Shown here piece by piece: positions 21,266 through 30,572 of a stretch of 64,000 nt of DNA. Numbering within the stretch: the first letter of the stretch is position 1; each line of letters starts with the position of its first letter. Origin of the DNA: an uncultured bacterium (GTDB taxonomy: Bacteria; Zhuqueibacterota; QNDG01; DTFT01). Both the position numbers and the translations under genes were made by a program. The stretch spans positions 96,001-160,000 of the forward strand of contig CAVTNR010000027.1 of NCBI GenBank assembly GCA_963736115.1. The letters run 5' to 3'. The notes below the pieces were generated by a model. That model made no database searches. It saw nothing but the letters and a program-made list of their open reading frames with translations, and was not told where the DNA came from.

Positions 21266-21972
21266 TCAGACTGAATCATAGCGATCCGATCAAGGGTCAC
21301 CAATGAACCGCTTTTCAGAAAAATCACGCTACCTCCCAACTGCAGAACTTTTTCAATGATCAGGTCGACCACGTCATCGATGACCTGCCAGAGGTTGACG
21401 TTCTTTGATACAATCAGGAGATGATCCTTTTTCCGAATACTGCCCCTCACATGAAAATCTTCCTCTACATATAGAATGGAACCTGCCGCCGTCTCTACGA
21501 ACCGACTGATGGCTTCGATTCCGTAAACGACTTTCTTGTTTTTGCCCGCCGCTTCCAGATCATGGATGGCGTTTTTATCAGTACCGGCAATCGCATCCTT
21601 AACGACGGGCCATACAATCTTTCCCAAATCGTGACTTGATGTAAGGGAGTAATCTCCTTCAACAGTGCCGAGGAAAGAGTCCATGTGAGCAGACAATGTT
21701 TTAATTTTATCGAGAAAACTCTTTTTACCGACTGCAACCCATCGAAGTGGATCTTGAAGGAAATAATGGGAAAATCGCCGATCCGTTTGACTGCAAATCT
21801 CCAGCAATTGGCTGTCATTGGAGGCTAACTTGATAGAATTGTCTAAATCGACTGAAATTTTAAATGGGAAATTCAGATTCTGAATATCAATGAGTTTTTC
21901 GCGAAATCCTTCATATAACCTGATTGTCCGTTCATTCAACGAAAGAACGTAATAATGAATGCTGGGCTTCAT
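21262..21972 (-). CDS. baeRF3-like (bacterial archaeo-eukaryotic release factor family) protein, short form
   Basis: YYVLSLNE...RLYEG...FPF, G.VEGDY, LYVEEDF and DDVVDLIIEKVL..GG.V.F motifs. Confidence 0.65.
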   Translation of the reverse strand: MKPSIHYYVLSLNERTIRLYEGFREKLIDIQNLNFPFKISVDLDNSIKLASNDSQLLEICSQTDRRFSHYFLQDPLRWVAVGKKSFLDKIKTLSAHMDSFLGTVEGDYSLTSSHDLGKIVWPVVKDAIAGTDKNAIHDLEAAGKNKKVVYGIEAISRFVETAAGSILYVEEDFHVRGSIRKKDHLLIVSKNVNLWQVIDDVVDLIIEKVLQLGGSVIFLKSGSLVTLDRIAMIQSE

Positions 21973-22061
21973 GTTAATTCTCGATTATTAAGTATTGCTA
22001 CTTTTTCCGATTTAGAATAATCCTGTCGATTATTCTTACCCAAACAATATTTCCATGGCAA

Positions 22062-22131
22062 TAATTAATCATATTCAACCGCAAAAACAATCGGCCAAAG
22101 GATTGAAAAGAGAGCTAATTCATTCGATCAA
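22062..22131 (-). promoter_or_regulatory. Island promoter 3: paired boxes abutting TTGTTT
   Basis: TCGGCCAAAGGATTGA (22091-22106) and a degenerate TAATTCATTCGATCAA (22116-22131), 25 bp apart. Confidence 0.6.
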
Positions 22132-22380
22132 GTCTTAATTCATCCTGAAACGTTTTTTCTCGGGGAATGCGAATGAGTGAATGCGAGGAATACTGGAGTG
22201 CTGAACGAGCGAGGTTTGGACTGATCTGCAGAAAAAAATTTTCAAGCCATATTATACGGATCTCCGGATGCCTGACCCCTATCCGATTTTTCCGGGATTA
22301 ATCGACGGAATTGCCTGATTCTTTGAATCGGGATTCAGTGCTTTGATCATGATTATTTTTTAATGCGTGTTCCCTGCGTA

Positions 22381-22474
22381 CCGGGGCTCTCAATAATGAA
22401 TCATCGATTTGCATGGTCCGGCTCACCGGGCCTTCAATAATAAATCATCTAATCGCTTGGTCCGGCGCAGCCGG
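22381..22474. repeat. Two imperfect ~44-45-bp direct repeats just downstream of kaiC
   Basis: CCGGG..CAATAATGAATCATCGATTTGCATGGTCCGGC versus CCGGG..CAATAATAAATCATCTAATCGCTTGGTCCGGC. Confidence 0.65.
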
Positions 22475-22494
22475 AAAAGCACTCGCTTTAAGTT

Positions 22495-24258
22495 TCAATG
22501 TCCGTTCGTTAATCGAATCGCTTTCTTATTCTGTGTTCTTTTTAGTATGTGATCTGAATCGCTTATCCTGCTTTTCGCCATTTTTATTTTAGATTGATCG
22601 ATACTGTCATTTCTTTGATTTTCAATTCCCATTTCCCTGATTGCTTCCGCTTCATCAGTCTCATATTCAGATCGCAAGAGAGCGATCTGTGCTTCCATCA
22701 CTTCACGTCTGCGTTTTAGACCGACTTTTTTTCTGACCATCTCCTGTTGTCGCAGTTCATGATCCGCATCATCCTTGATTTCCTGCGCCAATCGCGCCGA
22801 ACCCGTCAATACGCCTTCCGTTCCGACATAGACATCGAGCAGTTTGATTCCATGATCGGTCAGTCTGAACTCCCGAATCTGATTGGAATGCGCCATACCA
22901 CGCGATTTCAACACGTATAATCCCCGGTTCCGCTCTCCTCCAATTTCAATATCACGCAGCAACAGCCACGTATCGATCAGAGATGAAACATAAACATCGT
23001 TATTCTCGTCGTTATCGCCTGCGACAGTGAGACTGGTGAAGAACGCCGTGATTTTGTTCATTTTCAGGAAATCCACAAGACGCAGCAACATCGTCTTGAC
23101 CTCCGTCATATTGTCTCCCATGCCGAAAGCATTGATGGGATCGAGAATCACGATATCGGGTTTGAACCTGTTAATCAGCTTGATAATCGTCGTCAAGTGC
23201 GTTTCAAGTCCGTAAAGTGTGGGACGGGTCGCATGAAACTGCAGCAATCCTTTTTTAATCCAGGGTTCCAGATCGATCCCGATGGATCGCATATTACGCA
23301 CGAGCTGACCGGGCGATTCTTCAAAGGTGAAGAAGAGCGTTTTTTCCTTTCGTTTGCACGCAGACTGGACAAAATGCGCCGCGATGCTGGTCTTTCCCGT
23401 GCCTGCGGTTCCTGAAACGAGTACGGTGCTGGAGCGAAAGTAACCTTTTCCGGTGAGCATGGTATCTAGACGCGGAATTCCGGTGGAAATTCTTTCACGG
23501 GAGGAAGAGTAATTCAGGCCCAGTGAAGTGACGGGCAGAACCGAAAAACCGTCTTCATCGATGAGAAAAGGGTACTCGTTCGTTCCATGTGTGGATCCCC
23601 GGTACTTGACAATACGAAGCCGTCGTATCGAGGATTGATCATTCACGCGATGGTCCAGCAGAATGACGCAATCGGATACATACTCTTCCATTCCTTGTCG
23701 CGTCAGGGATCCCTCGCCCCGCTCAGCCGTCACGATGGTGGTGACGCCTTTCATCTTCAGCCAGCGGAATAAACGCCCCAATTCAATCCGTAGGATCTGG
23801 TCATTGGGCAGTGTGGAAAAGAGCGATTCCAGCGTATCCAGCACAACACGCTTCGCACCGATACTCTCAATGGCGTCATGGATCCTGACAAACAGACCTT
23901 TCAAGTCGGTTTCGCCGATTTGTCCTTTTTCGGCCCGTTCAATGTTCATGTGCACAACCCGGATCTTTTTACGGGCACTCAGGTCCTTCAAATCGAATCC
24001 CAAAGAGGCGGCGTTTTCCGCAAGTTCTTTCTCCGTTTCCTCGAATGAAATGAAAACGCCCGGTTCATGCTGCTGAATGGCACCCCGTACGAGAAACTCC
24101 ATCGCGAGGAGGGTTTTTCCGCATCCCGCTCCCCCGCAAACAAGCGTCGGTCTTCCCTTCGGTAATCCTCCGCCGGTGATTTCATCCAATCCTTCGATGT
24201 GGGTGGGAGATTTGGGAAGCATAGGACGTTGGACGGTTTTTTTTGTTTTATTCATCAC
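22495..24258 (-). CDS. kaiC: KaiC double-domain ATPase/kinase (KaiC2-like, C-terminal coiled-coil tail)
   Basis: Walker A motifs GGAGCGKT and GTAGTGKT, EE catalytic pairs, KYRGSTH, SS phosphosite pair (VSSLIDTW), KSRGMAHS, charged helical tail. Confidence 0.95.
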   Translation of the reverse strand: MMNKTKKTVQRPMLPKSPTHIEGLDEITGGGLPKGRPTLVCGGAGCGKTLLAMEFLVRGAIQQHEPGVFISFEETEKELAENAASLGFDLKDLSARKKIRVVHMNIERAEKGQIGETDLKGLFVRIHDAIESIGAKRVVLDTLESLFSTLPNDQILRIELGRLFRWLKMKGVTTIVTAERGEGSLTRQGMEEYVSDCVILLDHRVNDQSSIRRLRIVKYRGSTHGTNEYPFLIDEDGFSVLPVTSLGLNYSSSRERISTGIPRLDTMLTGKGYFRSSTVLVSGTAGTGKTSIAAHFVQSACKRKEKTLFFTFEESPGQLVRNMRSIGIDLEPWIKKGLLQFHATRPTLYGLETHLTTIIKLINRFKPDIVILDPINAFGMGDNMTEVKTMLLRLVDFLKMNKITAFFTSLTVAGDNDENNDVYVSSLIDTWLLLRDIEIGGERNRGLYVLKSRGMAHSNQIREFRLTDHGIKLLDVYVGTEGVLTGSARLAQEIKDDADHELRQQEMVRKKVGLKRRREVMEAQIALLRSEYETDEAEAIREMGIENQRNDSIDQSKIKMAKSRISDSDHILKRTQNKKAIRLTNGH

Positions 24259-24409
24259 ATGCAGCCTTTCAGATTATCAATTTTTCAAAAACCATGGAAC
24301 ACTTTCCGTTTTCAATAAATCAATCAGTTGTCAATCGACACGTCGTCACAAGCGCGAATATGACCCATTCCCATCAAAACAAGACTGTTTTCCCACATCA
24401 CATGGATCA

Positions 24410-24478
24410 ATCTTCATAAAAACAACGATAAAATCAATACTCCAGAAGCATGAAAAAGGGTCTAATCCCAAAGGATGA
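24410..24478 (-). promoter_or_regulatory. Island promoter 4 (kaiC): paired boxes abutting TTGATT
   Basis: TACTCCAGAAGCATGA (24438-24453) and TAATCCCAAAGGATGA (24463-24478), 25 bp apart. Confidence 0.65.
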
Positions 24479-24619
24479 TTGATTTATCACTGCGATGGAT
24501 AAAGGCTTCGGTGTAATCGTGCAATAAATTGGAGGAGGGAGTGTGAGCGAGAAGATTTGGAGGTTAAAATAGCGTAATGATGGGTTGGTGAGGGGCAATT
24601 GAGAAGTAGGTGAATAGGA

Positions 24620-25276
24620 TCAGCCGGATCCATCCTTGCGGACAAAGGCGGCTATCTGCAGTCGGGTGTTGAGTTCCAATTTTTCCAGAATGTTGTGCAC
24701 ATGGCTCTTGACTGTGAAAGTGGCGATGTTCAGGCGTTCGGCGATTTCCTTGTTGCTCAGGCCCTCCGCGATTAAACCGACTATTTCATGTTCCCGATTC
24801 GTAAACTGGATGGATTTGGAAGGGATCTCTTTTCCTTCCCTGATCGCGGTCTCTATAATCTGACTGAACAGGGATTGGGTCAGGCGCGGCGGAAGCACCT
24901 TCTCGCCGCTTGCGACGGTTTTAATCGTTTTTTTCCAATCATCCCAGGGGGCGTTTTTTAAAATGAATCCGGATCCCCCGGCTTTTACGAATTCGACGAT
25001 GTCCACATGGTCGGGAAGGATATCCATTGCGATGACCTTCGCATCCGACACTTCTTCCCGAAGCAGGGACATCAATTTCAGGCTGTTCTCTTTTTCCAGA
25101 CCGAGGTCCAACAGAATGATATCGGGTTGTTTTTTCATCTTCTTCATCTGCACTATGGAATCGCCGTCTTCGGATTGCGCAACGACCTCGAAATCGTCGT
25201 GTTTATTGAGCATACCTGCGATGCCCTCACGCAGAAGGCGGTTATCCTCAATCAATAAAATCCGAATTTTCCCCAT
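24620..25276 (-). CDS. NarL/FixJ-family response regulator (REC + LuxR HTH)
   Basis: LLIEDN, PDIILLD, GFILK and GLSNKEIAERLNIATFTVKSHVHNILEKL motifs. Confidence 0.95.
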   Translation of the reverse strand: MGKIRILLIEDNRLLREGIAGMLNKHDDFEVVAQSEDGDSIVQMKKMKKQPDIILLDLGLEKENSLKLMSLLREEVSDAKVIAMDILPDHVDIVEFVKAGGSGFILKNAPWDDWKKTIKTVASGEKVLPPRLTQSLFSQIIETAIREGKEIPSKSIQFTNREHEIVGLIAEGLSNKEIAERLNIATFTVKSHVHNILEKLELNTRLQIAAFVRKDGSG

Positions 25277-25301
25277 CTGAAAACCAGTCTAAGATATTAA
25301 A

Positions 25302-25333
25302 AATTATGGAATTATGGAATTATGGAATTATGC
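25302..25333. repeat. Tandem octamer (AATTATGG)x3 + AATTATGC upstream of the response regulator
   Basis: Read directly from the sequence. Confidence 0.9.
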
Positions 25334-25522
25334 CGGTGAATTTTTATGAAATATATTTTATATTGACGGATTTAATATAAGACAAATGGCGTTATTTATC
25401 AAGAAAAAAAATGAACCGCTTGATGCAACCAATCAACCCAAGACATTGATTTTCAATGCTCTGAAAAGGAAAAACCCGCCTTCCGCGGGTTTCCATTTCA
25501 TTATTCCGATAATGAAAAATTG

Positions 25523-26977
25523 TTATATCGTCGCTCGAACGGCGTCATCGTCCAGCAGAACGCTTTCCTGGTAGTCGATCTGTATCCGGGCTTCTTTCTT
25601 GGGCCGGGATAGGTCCATGACTTTCATAAAAGTCCTGTTCTTTCTGTTCCAGTTCCGGTTCAGCTGACGGGCGTATACGACGATCCCGAAATCCTCCCAT
25701 GCGAAAGTCAGTGCCCGTCGAATCATCTCGAAAACGGAATAAAAACTCGAATGACTGAAAATCTGAGCGCGCTGGAGATCGAAAAGCGAGAGCAGGCGGG
25801 GGCGGAACACGGCATGGTGCGCGTCGTACAGGGACCAGTCATTGAACTGGATGCGGTTCTCGCATTTCACCTGTTCGTAGAACTCGGATCCGGGCAGGGG
25901 CGTGAGAATCATGAACTGCGTGGACGACAGCCGCGCCTTCTTGGCGAACCGGACCGTCTCCTTCACCGTCCTCCAGTCGTCCGAATCGAAGCCGTATACG
26001 AACATACCGTGCACGTGTATGCGCCTGCGTCTCAACTCGCGGACCGCCCGGGCCATGTCCTCGACGGTCTGCTGTTTCTTCATGGATTCCAGGCTTTTGG
26101 GATTCACGGATTCCATGCCGATGAACAGCGTGTGGCAGCCGGCTCTTTTCATGAGATCCACCAGCTCAAGGTCTCGCGCCACATCCGCGCGGACCTGGGT
26201 GGACCACTTGAAGGTGAATTTCTCCTCGATCATCCGCCTCAGGAGCGCCTTGGCCCTTCGGGGATCGGCGGTGAAATTGTCGTCATAGAAAAAAACATAA
26301 TGGTTCCGGCCGTTGTACTGCCTCAGCTCATCGATGACGTTTTCAGCGGACCGGAACCGGTATTTCTTGCCGAATAGGCCCGTGACGGAGCAGAAGGAAC
26401 AGTGAAAGGGACAGCCACGCGAGGTCTGAACCGGAACGATCATCTTGCCGGCGATACGCCTGGGTTTTGACTTCATGAGAGAGAAATCGGGGAACGGTAT
26501 ATCGTCCAGCGGACGCGTCCGCGGCCGAATGGGCTGATGCACGTTCCTGCCGTCCACGTGCCGGGACAGCCCCGGAACCGCGGTCAGGTCCCCGTTTCCC
26601 GTCCATGCGGCGAGAAACAGCTCCATGGCCTCCTCCGCCTCGCCCCGGATCACGTAATCGGCGTGATCGAGCGCCTCATCCGCCAGAAAAGTGACATGCG
26701 GCCCGCCGAGGATGACAGGCACTCCCATGGCGCGGATCCGGTCCGCAATGGCATAGGCTCGCGGCGCCGTTGACGTGATGGTCGAAATGCCCACCAGGTC
26801 AGCGCCGCGGATCGACTCGAAATCGATCCGCTGACTCTGTTCGTGAATGACCTCGGCGTCCCATCCGGCCCGTTCGGCGATGGCGCCCAGAATGAACACG
26901 CCCAGCCGAGGGAGCGGAAACATCGAAAAGATGTGAAGATTCGGGGATTTCGGTTCAATCAGGATGATACTAGGCAT
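25523..26977 (-). CDS. B12-binding-domain radical SAM protein
   Basis: ILGGPH in the cobalamin domain, SRGCPFHCSFC, FYDDNF, GMES, TPLPGS. Confidence 0.92.
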   Translation of the reverse strand: MPSIILIEPKSPNLHIFSMFPLPRLGVFILGAIAERAGWDAEVIHEQSQRIDFESIRGADLVGISTITSTAPRAYAIADRIRAMGVPVILGGPHVTFLADEALDHADYVIRGEAEEAMELFLAAWTGNGDLTAVPGLSRHVDGRNVHQPIRPRTRPLDDIPFPDFSLMKSKPRRIAGKMIVPVQTSRGCPFHCSFCSVTGLFGKKYRFRSAENVIDELRQYNGRNHYVFFYDDNFTADPRRAKALLRRMIEEKFTFKWSTQVRADVARDLELVDLMKRAGCHTLFIGMESVNPKSLESMKKQQTVEDMARAVRELRRRRIHVHGMFVYGFDSDDWRTVKETVRFAKKARLSSTQFMILTPLPGSEFYEQVKCENRIQFNDWSLYDAHHAVFRPRLLSLFDLQRAQIFSHSSFYSVFEMIRRALTFAWEDFGIVVYARQLNRNWNRKNRTFMKVMDLSRPKKEARIQIDYQESVLLDDDAVRATI

Positions 26978-27692
26978 GCTTGGCCCTCTCTTCGGTTTCG
27001 CCGGACTTGGGATTCCTGCCCTTGAGCTGGAGTATTTCCTTCCGCTTCTTCTTGATCAGATCCTCCCAGCGTTCAATGCCTTTTTTAAACAGGTGGATTT
27101 TCGCGGAGAGGGCGTCGATCTCCCCCAGCATCAGATCGAGCCGTTCCTGCACATCCCGGCGCGAAGCGGTTTCAGGCCGGTCGCTGATGTCAAGAAACTC
27201 GCGGAAAAAATCGGAGACACCCTTGATCTCCTCAAGCGAGTATCCGAACAGCTGGAGATCCTTGATGAGGTGGCACAGATAAACCGTGATGTCGGGATAC
27301 AGGCGGAACCCGCCCTCGCTTCTCATCTCGGGCGCGAGTATGCCGATTTCCTCCCAATGTTTGAGGGTGCGCGGGCTGAGCCCGGCTTTCTCGGCCAATG
27401 TGCCCACGGTGAGATAATGATCGGGTTTTCCCGGCGCCGTTTTTCCCGACCCGGCTTTCGGAAGACCGACTTTGCGCACGATGCGGGTGATCTCCTCAAG
27501 GCCATACCCGAGTTCCAGGAGCTTCTGGATGTGTGCGATCTGCTGAACCGCCTCCTCCGTGTAAACCGGGGACTGGTCCTCGGTCATTCCGGCCGGACGG
27601 ATCAGCTTGAGACGTTCGAATTCGGAGAACCGGGCGCGGGGGATACTGAATTTCGCGGCCAATTCGTCCCGCAGATAGATTTTGTTTTTCAT
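26970..27692 (-). CDS. MerR-family regulator with two MerR HTH domains
   Basis: Two wHTH repeats (RDELAAKF... and VGTLAEKAGLSPRTLKHWEEIG...GGFRLY); overlaps the radical SAM start. Confidence 0.88.
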   Translation of the reverse strand: MKNKIYLRDELAAKFSIPRARFSEFERLKLIRPAGMTEDQSPVYTEEAVQQIAHIQKLLELGYGLEEITRIVRKVGLPKAGSGKTAPGKPDHYLTVGTLAEKAGLSPRTLKHWEEIGILAPEMRSEGGFRLYPDITVYLCHLIKDLQLFGYSLEEIKGVSDFFREFLDISDRPETASRRDVQERLDLMLGEIDALSAKIHLFKKGIERWEDLIKKKRKEILQLKGRNPKSGETEERAKHA

Positions 27693-27730
27693 CTGATACC
27701 TCTACGTATATTTACAAAATTTCATAAGTA

Positions 27731-27775
27731 TACGTGAACGTACATGAATATAATTTACAAAAACACCAAAGTCAA
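27731..27775 (-). promoter_or_regulatory. Sigma70 promoter TTGACT-17-TATATT with a TACGT-N2-ACGTA operator at about +1
   Basis: -35 at 27770-27775; palindrome TACGTGAACGTA at 27731-27742. Confidence 0.6.
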
Positions 27776-27985
27776 GTTTTTTTATTCTGCACCAATTCAC
27801 TTCCCAAAAGCTAATTTATTGTTTTTTATTTACTTAGTAGTTTCCGTAGTTACGCAATCCGGTTTCGAATTCAACGGGTCGGGAGCAGACATGCGAAGCC
27901 GGCCGTTCTCCTGCGATCAAACTGTTCGGCACGGAACCGACAAAGGCAAGTTGCGCCAAATGGTTATTTTATAAACAAAAGTGGC

Positions 27986-28014
27986 TTGATTTCAATTTAA
28001 TTTTTTCTTAATTT
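27986..28014 (+). promoter_or_regulatory. Putative sigma70 promoter of the ara operon
   Basis: TTGATT-17-TAATTT upstream of araB. Confidence 0.45.
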
Positions 28015-28093
28015 TTTCAATTCCGATTGTGTTTTCATGTGCCATCAAGAAACGGGATCAAACCCGCTCATTTCAACTGCGTGAAAGGTTTTC

Positions 28094-29785
28094 ATGAGCC
28101 AAAAATCCTATGTCATCGGCGTGGATTACGGCACCGATTCGGTCCGGTCCGTTCTGGTGGACGGCCGGTCCGGAAAGACCATCGCCTCCTCCGTATTCGA
28201 GTATCCCCGGTGGAAAAAAGGACTCTTCTGCGCTCCGAACCGCAACCTTTTCCGACAGCATCCCCTTGACTATGTGGAAGGGCTGGAACATACCATCCGC
28301 GCGGTTCTCGCCAAAATCCCGAAAAGCGGCCGCGCCGATGTCGTCGGCATTTCCGTGGACACAACGGGTTCCACGCCCGTGGCTGTCGATCAGAACGGAA
28401 CACCGCTCAGTCTGACGCCCGCGTTTTCGAAGAACCCGAACGCGATGTTCGTTCTCTGGAAAGATCACACCGCAATCGAAGAGGCGGATGAGATCAACCA
28501 CGTCGCCCGTTCCTGGGGCGGGACTGATTATACGCAATACGAGGGCGGTGTGTACTCCTCGGAATGGTTCTGGTCCAAAATCCTTCACGTTTCCCGGGAG
28601 GATAAGGCCGTGTCCGAAGCCGCCTGGTCCTGGGTGGAACACTGCGACTGGATCCCAGCGCTCCTGACCGGGCATACGGATCCCCGGTCCCTCAAGCGGA
28701 GCCGGTGCGCCGCGGGCCACAAGGCCATGTGGCATGCCTCCTGGAACGGCCTCCCGCCTGCCGCTTTCCTTTCAAAGCTGGATCCCGGATTCGGCCCTCT
28801 CCGGGAACGGCTGTATGAAAAAACATGCACCGCCGACATTCCGGCCGGCACCCTCTCCAGGGAATGGGCCAGACGATTGGGACTCCCGGAAACCGTCACG
28901 GTCGGAACCGGCTCCTTCGACGCGCACATGGGCGCCGTCGGCGCGGGCATCGAGCCCTATCACCTGGTCAAAATCATGGGCACCTCGACCTGCGACATGC
29001 TGATCGCACCGCTGGAAGCATTCGGGGACAAACTGGTGCGGGGCATCTGCGGCCAGGTGGACGGTTCCATCATTCCGGGCATGCTGGGCATGGAGGCGGG
29101 TCAGTCTTCGTTCGGAGACGTGTACGCGTGGTTCCGTGATCTGCTGGCCTGGCCCCTCTCCGCGGTTCTCATGAAGACGAAGAGCGTTTCGACCGCTTCC
29201 GCGGCACGGCTGGCTTCGGATACCATCGAAGCGATGATTCCGGCTCTGTCCAGAGCCGCGGCCAAACTCCCCCCGGATCCCGCCGGACCGGTGGCCCTCG
29301 ACTGGCTGAACGGCCGCCGCACGCCGGACGCCGACCAGCGCCTGAAGGCCGCGGTCGCCGGTCTCAGCCTCGGCACGGACGCGCCGCGGATATTCCGTTC
29401 CCTGGTTGAGGCCACGGCATTCGGCGCACGGGCGATCAACGACCGGTTCCTTTCCGAAGGCGTCCCGATCCGCGGCGTTATCGCGATCGGCGGCGTTTCG
29501 AAAAAATCTCCCTTTGTGATGCAGACCGTTACCGACATTCTGGGCATGGACATCCGGGTTGCCCGATCGGAACAGGCCTGCGCTCTGGGGGCCGCGATGT
29601 GCGCGGCCGCGGCCGCGGGTCTGTATCCCTCGCTGCTCGACGCGCAGACCGCCATGTCCAACGGTTTCGAAACCGTTTACCGGCCGGACCGCTCCAAAGC
29701 CCCGGTTTACGACGCGCTGTACCGCCGGTACAGGGATTTCGGGGCGTTTATGGAATCTCGCATACGCGGCGGAGAGAACGGTTGA
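28094..29785 (+). CDS. araB: Ribulokinase
   Basis: GVDYGTDSVR, QHPLDY, WKDHTA, YSSEWFW, GICGQVDGS and DWLNGRRTP motifs. Confidence 0.95.
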   Translation: MSQKSYVIGVDYGTDSVRSVLVDGRSGKTIASSVFEYPRWKKGLFCAPNRNLFRQHPLDYVEGLEHTIRAVLAKIPKSGRADVVGISVDTTGSTPVAVDQNGTPLSLTPAFSKNPNAMFVLWKDHTAIEEADEINHVARSWGGTDYTQYEGGVYSSEWFWSKILHVSREDKAVSEAAWSWVEHCDWIPALLTGHTDPRSLKRSRCAAGHKAMWHASWNGLPPAAFLSKLDPGFGPLRERLYEKTCTADIPAGTLSREWARRLGLPETVTVGTGSFDAHMGAVGAGIEPYHLVKIMGTSTCDMLIAPLEAFGDKLVRGICGQVDGSIIPGMLGMEAGQSSFGDVYAWFRDLLAWPLSAVLMKTKSVSTASAARLASDTIEAMIPALSRAAAKLPPDPAGPVALDWLNGRRTPDADQRLKAAVAGLSLGTDAPRIFRSLVEATAFGARAINDRFLSEGVPIRGVIAIGGVSKKSPFVMQTVTDILGMDIRVARSEQACALGAAMCAAAAAGLYPSLLDAQTAMSNGFETVYRPDRSKAPVYDALYRRYRDFGAFMESRIRGGENG

Positions 29786-30486
29786 TGCCCGGCTCTTACA
29801 TTGAACTCAGGCGGCTCGCGTACGAGGCCAACCGGGCGTTGCCCGTATCCGGCCTCGTCAAATACGCATTCGGAAACGCCAGCGCGATGGACCGCGACAG
29901 AGGCGTTTTCGCCATCAAGCCCAGCGGCGTGCCGTATGCGGCGCTCCGGCCCGCGGACATGACCATCGTTGATCTGGACGGCCGCGTCGTCGACGGCCGT
30001 CTCTCCCCTTCATCGGACACACGCACCCACGCGGTTCTTTACCGGTCCTTTTCCACGATCGGCGGCATCGTGCACACGCATTCCACCTATGCCACGGCCT
30101 GGGCCCAGGCCGGCCGCTCCATCCCCGTGCTGGGAACCACACACGCCGATCACCTCGACCGTGACGTTCCGTGCACACGGCCGATGAGCTCGAAAGCGAT
30201 ACGCGGGGATTACGAGCGTGAGACAGGCAATGTCATTGTGAAAACGTTCCGTTCGATATCCCCCGAAGAGGTGCCGATGGTGCTCGTTTTCGGTCACGGC
30301 CCCTTCACCTGGGGCGCCACCGCCGAAAAGGCCCTGTATCACGCCGTGATCCTCGAGGAATTGTCGAAAATGGCCTTCCTGACGCTGGGCATCAACCCGC
30401 GTGCGCCTCGCCTGAACCGGACGCTCGTGGATAGGCATTTCAACCGGAAACACGGCAAAAACGCCACATACGGACAGAAACCATAA
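29785..30486 (+). CDS. araD: L-ribulose-5-phosphate 4-epimerase
   Basis: Start ATG overlaps the araB stop; FGNAS, IKPSG, PSSDT.TH, HTHS, GTTHAD, HGPFTWG and RKHG..A.YGQ motifs. Confidence 0.95.
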   Translation: MPGSYIELRRLAYEANRALPVSGLVKYAFGNASAMDRDRGVFAIKPSGVPYAALRPADMTIVDLDGRVVDGRLSPSSDTRTHAVLYRSFSTIGGIVHTHSTYATAWAQAGRSIPVLGTTHADHLDRDVPCTRPMSSKAIRGDYERETGNVIVKTFRSISPEEVPMVLVFGHGPFTWGATAEKALYHAVILEELSKMAFLTLGINPRAPRLNRTLVDRHFNRKHGKNATYGQKP

Positions 30487-30572
30487 CCGCCTGAAGACGG
30501 ACGCGATGCGGGAGCGGGTCTGAACTCCCGCCCGTGACGCCGGACCGTCCGAAGGAACAAGGAGCGAATCGG

